Below are positions 30,428 through 41,400 of a stretch of DNA of 64,000 bases, in pieces; within the stretch, counting starts at the first letter, position 1, and each line of letters opens with the position of its first letter. A program made the position numbers and the translations under genes. The notes beneath the pieces are model-generated. The model saw nothing but the letters and a program-made list of their open reading frames with translations, was not told where the DNA came from and did not search any database. The stretch is taken from contig QPMI01000691.1 of NCBI GenBank assembly GCA_004431415.1, positions 3,110 to 67,109 on the forward strand, in the 5' to 3' direction. Source of the stretch: Cyanophora paradoxa CCMP329. Its lineage: Eukaryota > Plantae > Glaucophyta.

Positions 30428-30670
30428 CTTTATAGGTCCGGCTATGCGGAAAGATTCCGCATAAAATGGGGGGTACGGCATCGGCAATCATTAGGGAAAA
30501 ACAAATGATGGATTCCGCATAGAATCAGGGGTACGGCAGCTGCAATCATTAGGGAAAAACAAATGATGGAATCCGCATAGAATCAGGGGTACACCCCGAA
30601 ATTCTATGCGGAAAGTACCTCTTTCCACATAGCGGAAAGTACCTCTTTCCGCATAGCCGGATCTATAAAG
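30428..30670. promoter_or_regulatory. Bidirectional promoter built from two back-to-back copies of the shared module
   Basis: CTATAAAG on both strands (30428-30435 minus; 30663-30670 plus), each 74 nt from an ATG (30354 and 30744). Confidence 0.75.
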
Positions 30671-30743
30671 CCCGGATCCGCCTCATTCTTGCTCACACTT
30701 TTCAGCCTCAGCCAGCAAAATCCCAGCATTCCCCGGTAGCATA

Positions 30744-31286
30744 ATGGCCGCCCCGATTGACGTCATTGATTTTACCCAGGAGGCCGATGAGGTAAGCGTT
30801 TGCCTTAGCCTGGCGCGTTTGCCTTAGCCTGGCGCGTTTGCCTTTGCTGATTTCTCGAAAGCCGCAGCGCCCTTTCCCGATTGAGGTGATTGTCCTTGAC
30901 GATTCGGAGGACGAGCGCGATACCCCCGCGGCCCCCCCCCCCCCCGCCCGCGTCCCTCAGCGCCGGCGCCGGCCCCCGAACCGGCGCCGGTACCGGCCCC
31001 GAAGCGGCTCACGGCCGCTGACATCGATGAGCTCTTCGGAGCCGACGATGACGCGGAGGATGACGCGCCGGCCCCATCCGATATCGGTGACGCCTTTGAT
31101 GAGTCCGATCGTGAGGACTTTTTTACGGTAGCCCCCGCCCGCGATCTCGAGCCCGAGGAGCCTACCCCGGAGCCGGCCCCTCAGCGCGATTCCCCCACCA
31201 AGACCATAGCTAAGCGCAAGCCCTCTAAGGCAGTTAGCAAGGCGCCCTCGCGTGCCTCTTCCCGTCTTAGCGCGAAGAAGATATAG
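30744..31286 (+). CDS. Two-exon acidic disordered protein with SIMs, an ELFG motif and a basic tail (exon 1 30744-30791; exon 2 from ~30862/30868; likely 1-nt indel in the C-run at ~30932-30945)
   Basis: MAAPIDVIDFTQEADE / RPFPIEVIVLDDSEDE ... DIDELFGADDD ... SRASSRLSAKKI; GTAAG donor at 30792. Confidence 0.6.
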
Positions 31287-31559
31287 CTTGTTTTGAGCAG
31301 CTTTTTGAATCGTAAAAACCTCCCTTTTGGCTGCGATTCCCCTCGCATATCGGCGGCAGCAGGGGGTGGGCAGGCGGTGAGCAGGGGGGTGGGCAGGGGG
31401 GTATGGGGGCCTCAAGGGTCTAGGGGGATACCGCTGATACCGCTGGCCTTGGAGTCATCCCCCCCCTCCCAGCCCGCCCTGCCCCCGCTGCCCACCGAGG
31501 CCGCGCGCGGGGTACGGTGGCACCGGCCCGGCTCCCCAGCGAGGCCGTACGCCGGCCCG

Positions 31560-31634
31560 CGTGCCCAGCGAGGCCCTACCCCGGCCCACGTGCTCAGCGA
31601 GGCCCTACCCCGGCCCACGTGCCCAGCGAGGCCC
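31560..31634. repeat. ~2.5 x 29-bp GC-rich repeat (GTGCCCAGCGAGGCCCTACCCCGGCCCAC), possibly subterminal
   Basis: Direct tandem copies near the transition to host-like DNA. Confidence 0.75.
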
Positions 31635-33289
31635 GCGCGTGACTCACGGGCGGCCCCTGTCCGCCGCAATTTTGGGTACCCCCCCCTCCCTTCGGGTCTG
31701 CACGGGCCCCATTTGGCGGTGGGAGGCGCGTACCCATGGCCCCGAATGGGTGCCGGGGGGGGTCTAGAGGGGGGGTGGGGTACACGCAAAGTGAGGACCG
31801 CCGCAGGCGAGAAATCTAGACAGCTGCAGAGGTGCAGACGGGCAGGGAGACACACGAACCAAGATCGAGCCGGAGGCTCGGGTGGAATCCGAAGCCGATG
31901 GCGCGCTCGCCGCGGGTGCAAGAGAGCTGGCGTCGTGCGGCTGATCGCCGCCTCCAGCTGTAGATATAGATGGCGCCGAAGGCCTAGGGCTGGAGATTGA
32001 GTCAGCGCGTTAACGTTGCAATTGGCAGCGTCGGCGCTGCACAACCGACGCCGTCACGTGCACGCACCTGAGGAGGTGGCAGAGCGCCGCGCGGACGGCC
32101 TCCGGGCTCTGCGCATGCGCGCGTACGCGTTATGCGGGCTTCGGCGCGGCGCGGGTAATCGCCAGGCCCGGGCTCGATGTGCGCATGCGGCGGCCGGCGG
32201 CCGGAGCACCTGCGCGAATTCGCGAAGCGCCTCCGTCGTGGCGCCGGCGCCCGCCGTACGAGTAGCGAGCGATGAGTGCCGACGCAGCAGTTCTCGGGCG
32301 TACTGAGCCGCGTCCGAGACGAGGAACTCGGACCATCGCATGTCCGGAGCCTCGGGCGGGCTGGAGCGCGCGTTGCGATTGGGTCAGCGCGTTGGCAGCG
32401 TTAACGTTGGCGCTGTACATATGCATCCGACGCCGTCACGCACTTGAGGAGGCTGCAGAGCGCCAACCGTACCGCCTTTGGGCTCTGCGCACGTAATGCG
32501 TTTGCAATTGGCGCGCGGGCTTCGGCGCGGCGCGGGAAATCGCGCGGCCCGGGCTCGACGGCGGGATCGGAGCACCTGCGAGAAGGCGCGACGCGCCTCA
32601 TTCGTGAGCGCGCCAAGTGATGGTTGCCGGCGCCGCAGTTCGAAGGCGCCATCAGTCGACTCCGAGATGACGAACGCGGACCAGTCCGCGGGCGCGCTGT
32701 GCTCCATCGATCTAGCGTCGAGAAGGAGCGAACTCGAGAAGGCCGTCGATGCTGCTCGGCGGCCTCGGCGGCCTCGGTGACTCGGTCTCTCAGGCGGGTA
32801 CACAGTTGCGGGCGGTTGCGTACCCCTCTTCTGAACTGAAAAACGCGTTCAGCTTTCCAAGCGCCTCTAGCGGCCACGCTCACATAGCCGATGCTCGGCT
32901 CTTAGCGCGGAGCACCGCCCGTTCCTAGCCGAGCCCGCTGCGTCGAGAAGACCGCCACATTGCTTTGCTGCTTAGCTATAGGCTTCTGGCGGTGAGCCTC
33001 GGAGGGCACGCGGCGGCCGCAGCACGATGCGAGCGTTGGGCCGCCCAACAGCTCGCGAGCCGCTGTACACCCCGCAGCAGGTTCTTCGCTTCTCCGCCCG
33101 CGCCCTGGGAGCCGCTGCCGCTCGCTGATCGATGTGTTGCCGGCAGTACAAGCCGCCTGCGACTGCGCGTGACAGCACCTGGCGGCGCAAGTGCCCCGGG
33201 ACCGTGCAGGAGCAGATCGACCTGTACAGCGTGCGTCGAGACGCGCCACAGCCCGGCCCTCGAGCTCGCCGTCTGAGGTAGGCGCACGC

Positions 33290-33720
33290 GCAGACGAAGG
33301 GGGCCGGGAAATGGAGCGCGAGGCGGCTGGGCCCCCTGAGCTGGGAGACGACGGAGCCCGCCGGGCGGGGCGAGGCGCGGAGCTTCCGGCAGGCGCTGGG
33401 GAACACGCACTCGTGCACGTGCGCGCAGGGGCGGAAGGACGTCTGCGCGCACCTCGTCTTCGTCATGGTGCAGCACCTCGGCCTCGAGCCCGGCGACGAG
33501 CTTGTCTGGCAGGTCGGCGCCGCCCGCGGCCGCGCCTGGCGGCGACCCGGCTGACCTTTCCCGCAGCGCGGCTGGCTCGATCGCGAGGTCGAGGAGATCC
33601 TCGCCCGCGCCCCCGCCGCCCCCGTGCGCGCCCGCGCGCCCCGGCCCGCCTCTGCGTCTGCCCGCCCGCGTGAACGAAGCCCGCGCGCAGCCGCCGAAGC
33701 CCGCGGAGCCGTCTACAGAG
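33290..33720 (+). CDS. Host gene exons encoding a SWIM zinc finger (ZSWIM2/MEKK1-like)
   Basis: LGPLSW...SFRQALGNTHSCTCAQGRKDVCAHLVFVMVQHLGL...LVWQ / RGWLDREVEEIL: a CxC-x-C-x-H SWIM motif split by a GT-AG intron. May be part of the TPR gene downstream. Confidence 0.7.
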
Positions 33721-34149
33721 GCAGAGGCGGCCGCCCCCCGCCCGAGGCGGCGGCGGCCGCCGCCGCGGGGCGGAGCGCCCGGCGGGGCGGACGGGGCGTT
33801 CGAGGCGGCGGCCCCGGGCGAGGAGGAGGGGAACGGTCGGCGCCGCCGGGCGACGCGGAGGAGCTGCTGCAGACCGCCCCGTCCGCGCTGGACTTCCCCG
33901 TCCACGACGTACCCCCGGCGGCCTCAGCCCCGCCCCTCCGCGCCCCCGGGCCAGGCCCGGGCCGCCGCCGCCGCCGCCCCTCCAGCCCGCCCTCACGGCA
34001 CACGGCGCGCTCGGGCGCGGTGGCGGCGGCGCAGCAGCCGAAGGGGAAGCAGGAGGCGCCCGGCAAGGCCGCGAGCGGCGTGCGGTGGACGGGGAGGCTG
34101 TACCCCGGGCGCCGCGGCCCGGCTCGGCGGGGGCGGCCCCTGCGGGGCC

Positions 34150-35740
34150 GAGCCCCTTTCTGGAGCGCCTGAAGGCGGCGAAGGCGGACGGGGCCGGCCT
34201 GCAGGCGCCCGAGGAGCGGCTGGCTGCGCTGGAGCGGCTGGCGGCGGAGGCGGAGCGGGCGGGGGACGTGGAGGCTGCCGTCCGCGTCCGGGCGGAGGCG
34301 GTGCCGCTGGCGCGGCTCGTCGGCTCGCGGGCGGCGCTGGCGGCGGCGCACGCGCGGCTCTCGGAGGCGTACCTGTGCCTGGAGGCGCGGGCGCGGCAGT
34401 ACAGCCCCGCCGACGCCGCCGCCGACGTATGCGAGAAGGTGCCTGGGGTTTCGAGACTCCTTCTTCCTCTTCCTCTGCTTTCTGATTTCGGCGCAGGCGG
34501 TGCAGCACGCGCGGGCGGCGTGCGAGGCGGCGGCGTGGGCGGACGTGGGGCCCGAGCTGGGCCAGGACGCGGCCCGCTGCCTCGCCCTCGCCCTCTCCCG
34601 CCGCGGCCAGTGCGCGCCCCGCCCCGCCCCGCCCCGGCCCGACCGCCCTACGCCGTTTTAGGCCCCCCCCCGCAGGCACGAGCTGGCGGGGGCGGAGGCG
34701 GCGAGGGCGCTGCAGGCGGCGGAGAAGCGGAACGGGCGCAAGTCGCCCCTCAACGCCCCCCTCCACCTCGTACGCCGGCCCAGGGCTCAGCTGAGCTGAG
34801 CTGAGCTGGGCTGAGGGGGGCCGTCCGCCCGCAGACGCTGGGGAAGGTGCTGGCGGCGGGGGGCCAGCCGGGCCCCGCCCTGGAGTCGCTGGCGCGGGCC
34901 TGGGAGCTGGCTGCGGACTTGAAGGACGGGGCGCTGGAGGCGAAGGTTTTTCTGGAGATGGCGCGCGTCTACGAGGCGCAGGGGCGGCTCGAGCAGGCCG
35001 ACGACGCCTGCGAGCGCGCCAAGGCGGTACGCGGGTCTCTTCAACTGAGGCTGCGCCTCAGCTTAAGCGTGGCGCAGGCGCTGTGCGGGGCGGGGGCGGA
35101 GGGCGGGCCGGCGATGGCGGAGGCGTGCCTGCTGGCGGGGCGCGTCTGCGCCAAGCGGGGGGACCTGCCCGAGGCGGCGCGGAACGTGAAGACCGCGCGG
35201 GCCCTCTTCGAGGCGGCGGGGGGCGGCCCGCTCGACCGCCGCGCCGTCGCCGCCGAGCGCGAGGGCGCCACCCTGCTCGTGCGTGCACGTACCCCCCCGC
35301 GCCCCCAGGCGGCCCCTGAGTGAGCCTCCCTTCGCCCGCCCGCCCGCCCGCAGATCGCTGCGCGGAGCTACAGGGACGCCGGTGCGCCCCTACCCCCCTC
35401 CTTTCCTCTACCCCCCCCGCCCACGCCCACGCCGGGGGGGGTAGAGGCGGTACTGCAAGAGGTGCTGGCGAAGGAGGCGGCGATCTTCGGGGCGCTCTCG
35501 GCGCACGTGGCGGAGACGGAGCGGCTCCTAGGAGCCGTCTGCACGGCCCTCAAGCGGCGGCGGGAGGCGCGGGCGCACTACGCGCGGGCGCTGCGCATCT
35601 TCGAGGGCCTCTTCGGGGCGGGGCACGCGCGGGCGGTCGAGCTCAGAGTGCTACTCGAGGTGCAGGCCGCCGCGAAGCCGGAGGCTGAGGCCAGTGCGGA
35701 GGCCGGGGCCGAGGAGGCGGAGGGCGGGGGGTCCACGTAG
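34150..35740 (+). CDS. Host multi-exon TPR-repeat protein (TTC23-like)
   Basis: Exons AHARLSEAYL, ALESLARAWELA..., MARVYEAQGRLEQA, LLGAVCTALKRRREARAHYARALRIFEGLFGAGH; short introns. Confidence 0.65.
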
Positions 35741-38495
35741 GCCGGAGGCCGCCCGTCCGGCGCCCCGGCAGCACTTCCAGCGCGACACGAGACGAAGAAG
35801 AGGAGCCTTTATCGCGGACGGCGCCCCCGCCGAGCGGGGAGCGAGCAAGCGAGGGTGTGCGTCCATGGATTCGGAGCGAGGCCGGACGGCCGCCGAGGAG
35901 GCGGAGGGCCCCCGAGGACGAGCCCGTCGCCGGCTGCGAGCCCCGCTTGGACCCTTGGACTTCGCGCCGCGGGCCCGCCCCTTCGACACCTCCGATGCCC
36001 CTTCGAATTCGAATTCCGCGCTCAAGGCAGACTATAGCTAGCAAAGGCAGACTAAAGCAGAGTCGACGTCGACTATAGCCAGAATGAAGTGGGTTTCGCG
36101 ACTATAGCAGAGGCAGATTAAAGCAGACTATATAGACTGCACGTGCACCTGCACTCTCTGCAGCTGCTGCATTAAAAATATTGCATATTGAACGATCATG
36201 GACTCCGATGCTCGGTGACTCAGTGACTGCGAGAACTTGCTGCATGCTCAAATTAAAGGAGCGACGCGTGGCACCGCTAATCCGGCCGCGGAAGAATTTT
36301 TAATTGAATATAACCGCTACTGCGAGGCTTTGCATCACGGCAGAGATACCGATTGCTGCAGCTGGCCGGACATCTTTCGCGGCCCTGGGAGGCTGGGACC
36401 GAGTATTGGAACATGAACGATGGTTCACTGCCGCCTACGTATACATGATCGTTTGTGAGAGCGTCATCGCGCCTATCCTTCACTCCTCTGCACGTGTCAC
36501 GGAGTCGAGTTTGAGCTAAGTTTGAAGTGCGTGTTTCCTTTGTCTGCTGGAAAAGTGGGATCCTGAGCGGTATGTACCCCCCCTCTGCTGCCGCATCGAT
36601 ATAGATATCGGCCACCCACTGGCCAGCCCGTCGAGATATATACTCGGCCCGTCACCCCTCAGCCGGGTCTCAGGGCCCATATTCAAGCGAGTCCCTGCGG
36701 AGCAGGAGCTCAAGTGGCCTTACATAATTAGGTCTTAATTGGGGCTTCAAGGCGTGAGGGTGACTGCTCTTCGCGGTTACCCAGGGGAGGGGGGAGGAGA
36801 AATAGCTAGGAGGGGGGGGGGGGGGGGGGGGGGGGCGGGGGCACTCGGCGAGGGCTGACGCTCAAGATCTAGAGCCACGGTGCTCAAGTGCTTAAGGCCT
36901 GGGGCACACCGGCTGATTCATGCACTTCACAGAAAAACTACGCATACCGAAAAATGGGTAATAAAAGGGCCACTGACTTGCCGTGCGCGTCAGTTGGGTC
37001 CGGGGAAGGGAATTTAACCTCGGCGAATCCAAAGATGTAGATCTAGATGCTAGAGAGCAGATCTAGATCTAGAGACTTCGGCCGGCGGGCCGGAAGAGGA
37101 ACAAAGCCGCTGAGCCTCGGAGCTGGAGGAAGAAACTTGAAATGCAGAATTTAAGGCGGCCATGCCAGGCGAGCTGTCTTCGAGGCCTACGCGAGCTCGA
37201 GCTCGAGGCTAGGCCAGATCTAGAGGTAGGTCGCGGGCCCCGGGGGATGGCCGCTCGAGCTCATGCATGCGCATATGATCACAAATCGAACCTTATATGC
37301 CTGCACGTGCACGTGCACTTGACTCGGGGAGGCGCGCGGCCGCGGCTTGCAATTGCCTTGGAGGCTGGCCTCCGCGCGCGCGCGATCTGCATGCGCATGC
37401 GCGGGCAAAGCGCGCGCGCGCGATCTGCATGCGCGCGCGCGCGCGGTTGGAGCGGCTGCAGCGTGCGCGGCTGGCGCGCGCGGCTAGCGAGTCGTAGCGA
37501 CATGTACAGCTGCAGCAGACTGCCAAGCGCTGAGAGCGCTATCCGATCATCGGATCGCGAGCTGTGCGGGAGTGAGCTCGAGAACTTCGGAAAGCGGCCG
37601 GCCGCGGGCGGGACCGGCGGCGCGGGTGTAGGAAGTGGCAGGGGGGCGCGGGCATCGACCGTCGGACTTGTTGACCATGAGCGCACGGCCGGCGTGGCCC
37701 GCTTGCGCGCGTGGCCGGTGTGCGCGGCTGGCGCGGCTAGCTAGAGCAAACTGCCACGCGCGCGAGAGAGGCGCGACAGTTGAAGCCGCGGCCGGCCGGC
37801 GCCGAGCTGAAGAGGAAGCGCTGGGCGGAGGGAGAAAGCGGCCGGGGGGTACTCTAAGAGGTTTTGCAGGGTAAGTTAACGCACTCTCCAATGTGATTGG
37901 CTAGCGCACGCGGCGTCCTCCTACGCGACCGCGCACGCGCCCGGCCTCGCTCCCGCAGAACGGAATGTCGGGCATGATACGGGCAACGACCTCGAACTGG
38001 TCTGACCCGTACATCTGCTCCCTGTGCGTTGCTGGACCCGTTTTTGTCCCGGGTGTTGGTGCCTGTTCCTGGATCACCCTTTGGTCGGACGGGACCGGGA
38101 GACATGGTTTCGGGATCCCCTTGTGATGGGCTTTCAGGATATACCGCGCGGCCCGGGTTTTGCAGAGGTCGGGGAAATGGGATTTGGGGTAGGGTTGGGC
38201 CCGAGGGACAGGGACAGGGGAAGTGATTTTCCCTTCCCCAAAAAGAAGGGGCCTCACTTAAGCTTCAACACGCAAATTTACACGTGCACAATGCGCCGGC
38301 CCTCGCGATTGCAAAGAGATGCGAAACCTAGATCTACAGAAAAAGCCCAGCCCGCTACTCGAAACCTACACACGCACACGCCTGCGCTGAAGGCGCCTTC
38401 TATATATAAAAGCGCTGCCGCGGTGTTTCGGGCCCGCGGCCGCGGGCGCCGGCAGCGGCGATAAAGAACCAGAGAGGGGGTACGTAAATATACGG

Positions 38496-41400
38496 CTAGA
38501 CGACCATGCGGGTCTTGGCGGCGAAGGCGTCCAGTATCCCGGGCCCGGGGCCCCCCGCGCGGGGGTACGCGTACGCCGGGGCCGGCGCGGGGGCGGCGGG
38601 GGCGAAGAGGCGCTCCGGGGGCGGCGGGGGGGCGAAGGCCGAGGCGCAGGGGAGGGCGTGGGCGAGGGGCGGGGCGGAGGGCGCGTGGGGCGCGGGGAAG
38701 GCCTGCAGCTGCGGAACGAACGCATGAGAAACGAATCGATTTGTATTAGAAGGTTTTATAAGAATATTAGAAGATTCTATAAGAAGATTGCAAACAGAAA
38801 GCACCGGAGAGGAGAACTCGGCGGAGGCGTTCAGGTTCGCCGTGTTGCCCTTCTCGTCCGCCAGGGAGGCCTGCAGGGCGCTTCTATGAGAATCTATCCA
38901 AGAATCTCATAAGGCTCTATAAGATTTTAAGCTTTAGCACCTGGAAGGCGTCGGAGGCGCGCTCGTCGGCGATGCGGCCGGCGGCCTCGTGCAGGGCGCA
39001 GAGCCCCGCGTCCAGCTCCGCCTGTCCGTTGCCCGCACGGGGCTCCCTCAGATCGGGCGCCGGGCGGGGGGAAGGGTTAAAGGGGGGTTAAAGGGGAATG
39101 GGGGTACAGCGCACGCGGAGGTCGCGGGGGAGCTCAGGGCCGTTCTCGAGGTCGGCGCGCAGGGCCTTGTACCCGTCCGAGCGCAGGATCTCCCCCCGGT
39201 GCGAGCGCCGCTGCGGGGGGCTTCAGCCAAGGCTAAGGCTCGAGCTCCGCTAGATCAAATTCGAGATCAAATTCGAGATCAAATTCGGGCGGGCGGGCGG
39301 GCCTGGGCGATGCGGAGGAGGGAGAGGATGGCGGCGCGGCGGAGCTCGCCCCGCAGCTCCGGCTCCGGCGGGTCGGGGCCCGCCGTCGCCAGCTGCGAGG
39401 CGGCGCCGTCAGATCAGATCAGATCAGATCCAGCGCTAGAGCTCTCGGCGGAGATGGGGGGCGATGGGAGCCGCCACGGAAGACGGCAATAGGGTGACGG
39501 AGGCGCTCTTAGCGGAGATTTGAACCGCTTAGTCGATTGGGGGCGTGAGATCAGATCAGATCAGACCCAGCGCATTAAGCGGAGATGCGGGGCGTTGGGT
39601 CGACGGCGTTAGGGCTTCAAGCCTCGGCACTTCTAATTAAGAGATCTATCCAAGGAGATCTAATTAAGCGATTCGAGAGAAACAAAGCAGAGGGCGGACG
39701 GAGGTGAGGCAGGCGACGAGGAAGCGGACGCCGCCGGCGGCCACGAACGCGTCCACCAGCTCCTCCACGTGCCTGGAGGGGGGGGGGAGTCAGGGGGGGT
39801 AGAGGATGACGGGGACGTGGGCGGGGGCGGAAAGGGAGAGACGGGGCTAGACTTGCAGACGCGGCTAGGCTTGGATCGAACTAGGCTCAGGGGGGCCGGG
39901 CGGGGGGCAGAGCCAGGAGGGGGCGGGCGCGTAGGCTAGACACCTAGACTAGACGGGGAGGAGGGAGAGGAGGGGGCGGAGCGCGGGGCGAGGCCGGACG
40001 AGTAACGCTCGGCTGGCCGTGGGCTCCATTCGAATTGAAGGGGCGGGGGGCGGGGAGCGGGGGGAAAGGGGGCGCACCCGTCGTCGGCCTGGGCGGCCTG
40101 GGCGCGGGTGCGGGAGCGGTTGAAGAGGCCCGAGAGGCTGCGCGGGGAGCGGCTCAGAATCAGAACTAGAGCTGTAAGCTCTGAGCTTGCAGAAGCTTGA
40201 AGCTTAAGCGTAGAGAAGCTCGGCTGGAGCTTGGCTAGAGAGGGGCGCGCGCGGGGGTGGGACCTGCGGGAGGAGGAGGAGCGGGCGTCCTCGTCGTCCT
40301 CCGGGGCGAAGTGGGCGGGGCCCGCGCCGCGCGACACCAGCGCGAACGAGGCCTGCGGGGGGCGTGGTGAGAGGGCGGCCGCAGTGAGGGGGCGTGGTGA
40401 GGGTCCGTGGTGAGGGAAGGGGCGGCGCCCATGAATAGGATGAAGATAGGGGGAGGGGCGGTGCGGGGCGACCGCGCATTGACAGGCTGAAGATAGGGCG
40501 GTGAAGGGGCGGCGCGGTGAAGGGGCGGGGCGGGGCGGGGCGCGGATGCTGAACGGCCGAGCGCTGCTGACGCTGTAGACGCTGTAGAGCCTTCTAATAT
40601 TCTTATGGAACCTTATAAAATTCTTATAGAACCTTCTATCATGAAAAGGGGCCCAGCATGAGGGCGGGGGCGGCGCACGGCGACGTGGGAGCAGGCGCGG
40701 AGGGCGGGGCGCGCCGGCGCCGCGCCCCGCGCGATGAGCTGCGGCAGGTACCGCGACGCCGCCGGCACCATCTGCGCGGGGCGGGGCCCTGTCAGATTTC
40801 TATGGGATCGAACTCCAACGCGATTAGATGATTCCATGAGAGCGATCTATATTAGACGCGCGCCGCGCATGCGCGTCGGGGCCATCAGGAGAAGCGGCCA
40901 TCTCCTACTACTAGTTGTTGTTGTGTCCTAATGCAAATCGTTTCTATCGCGGGGCGGGGGCTGGGGCGGGGCGGGGCGCGCCTTGGCGGGGCCCTTGGCG
41001 GCCACGAGGTGCTTCGCGACCTGCCGAGCGAGGCGAGCGGGCAGGCGAACAGGCGTCAGCGGCCCCGTGATCAGTCTCAGAGGCCTTCAGAGGCCTCTGA
41101 GGCTTCTTGGGCCTCGGCCTCAACCTCAGTGGAGCGGGTGGGAGGCCCCGCACCTTGCGGCGGAGGCCGGCGGCGGGCCCGGCCTCGGCGGCGGCGCGCG
41201 CGAGGCCGCAGACGAGCGCCAGCACCGACGCCGCCGTCACCTGCCCGGAGATGTGAGGGGGCGCGCAGGGTCAGGCTCAAGCCGCCGAGGGCGCCGCCGA
41301 GGGCGCCGCCGAAGGCGCCGCCGACGGAGAAGCTAGAAGCTACACAGCTAGAAGCCATCTAGAAAAGAAGATTTAGAAGCTAGAAGCTAGAAGCCGTCTA

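Larger units (their letters stand above)
17250..31790. mobile_element. Second virus-derived segment (NCLDV/PLV-like accessory region); boundaries approximate
   Basis: Mostly intron-less compact ORFs of viral type (Gly-rich fibre, ART, GxPGEGxH protein), palindromic arrays and intermediate GC. No capsid or polymerase gene inside this segment. Confidence 0.6.

Noticed and set aside
31980-32780. Degenerate ~400-bp duplicated segment as a gene
   Set aside because: Two diverged copies are visible, but I could not support a consistent reading frame or domain.
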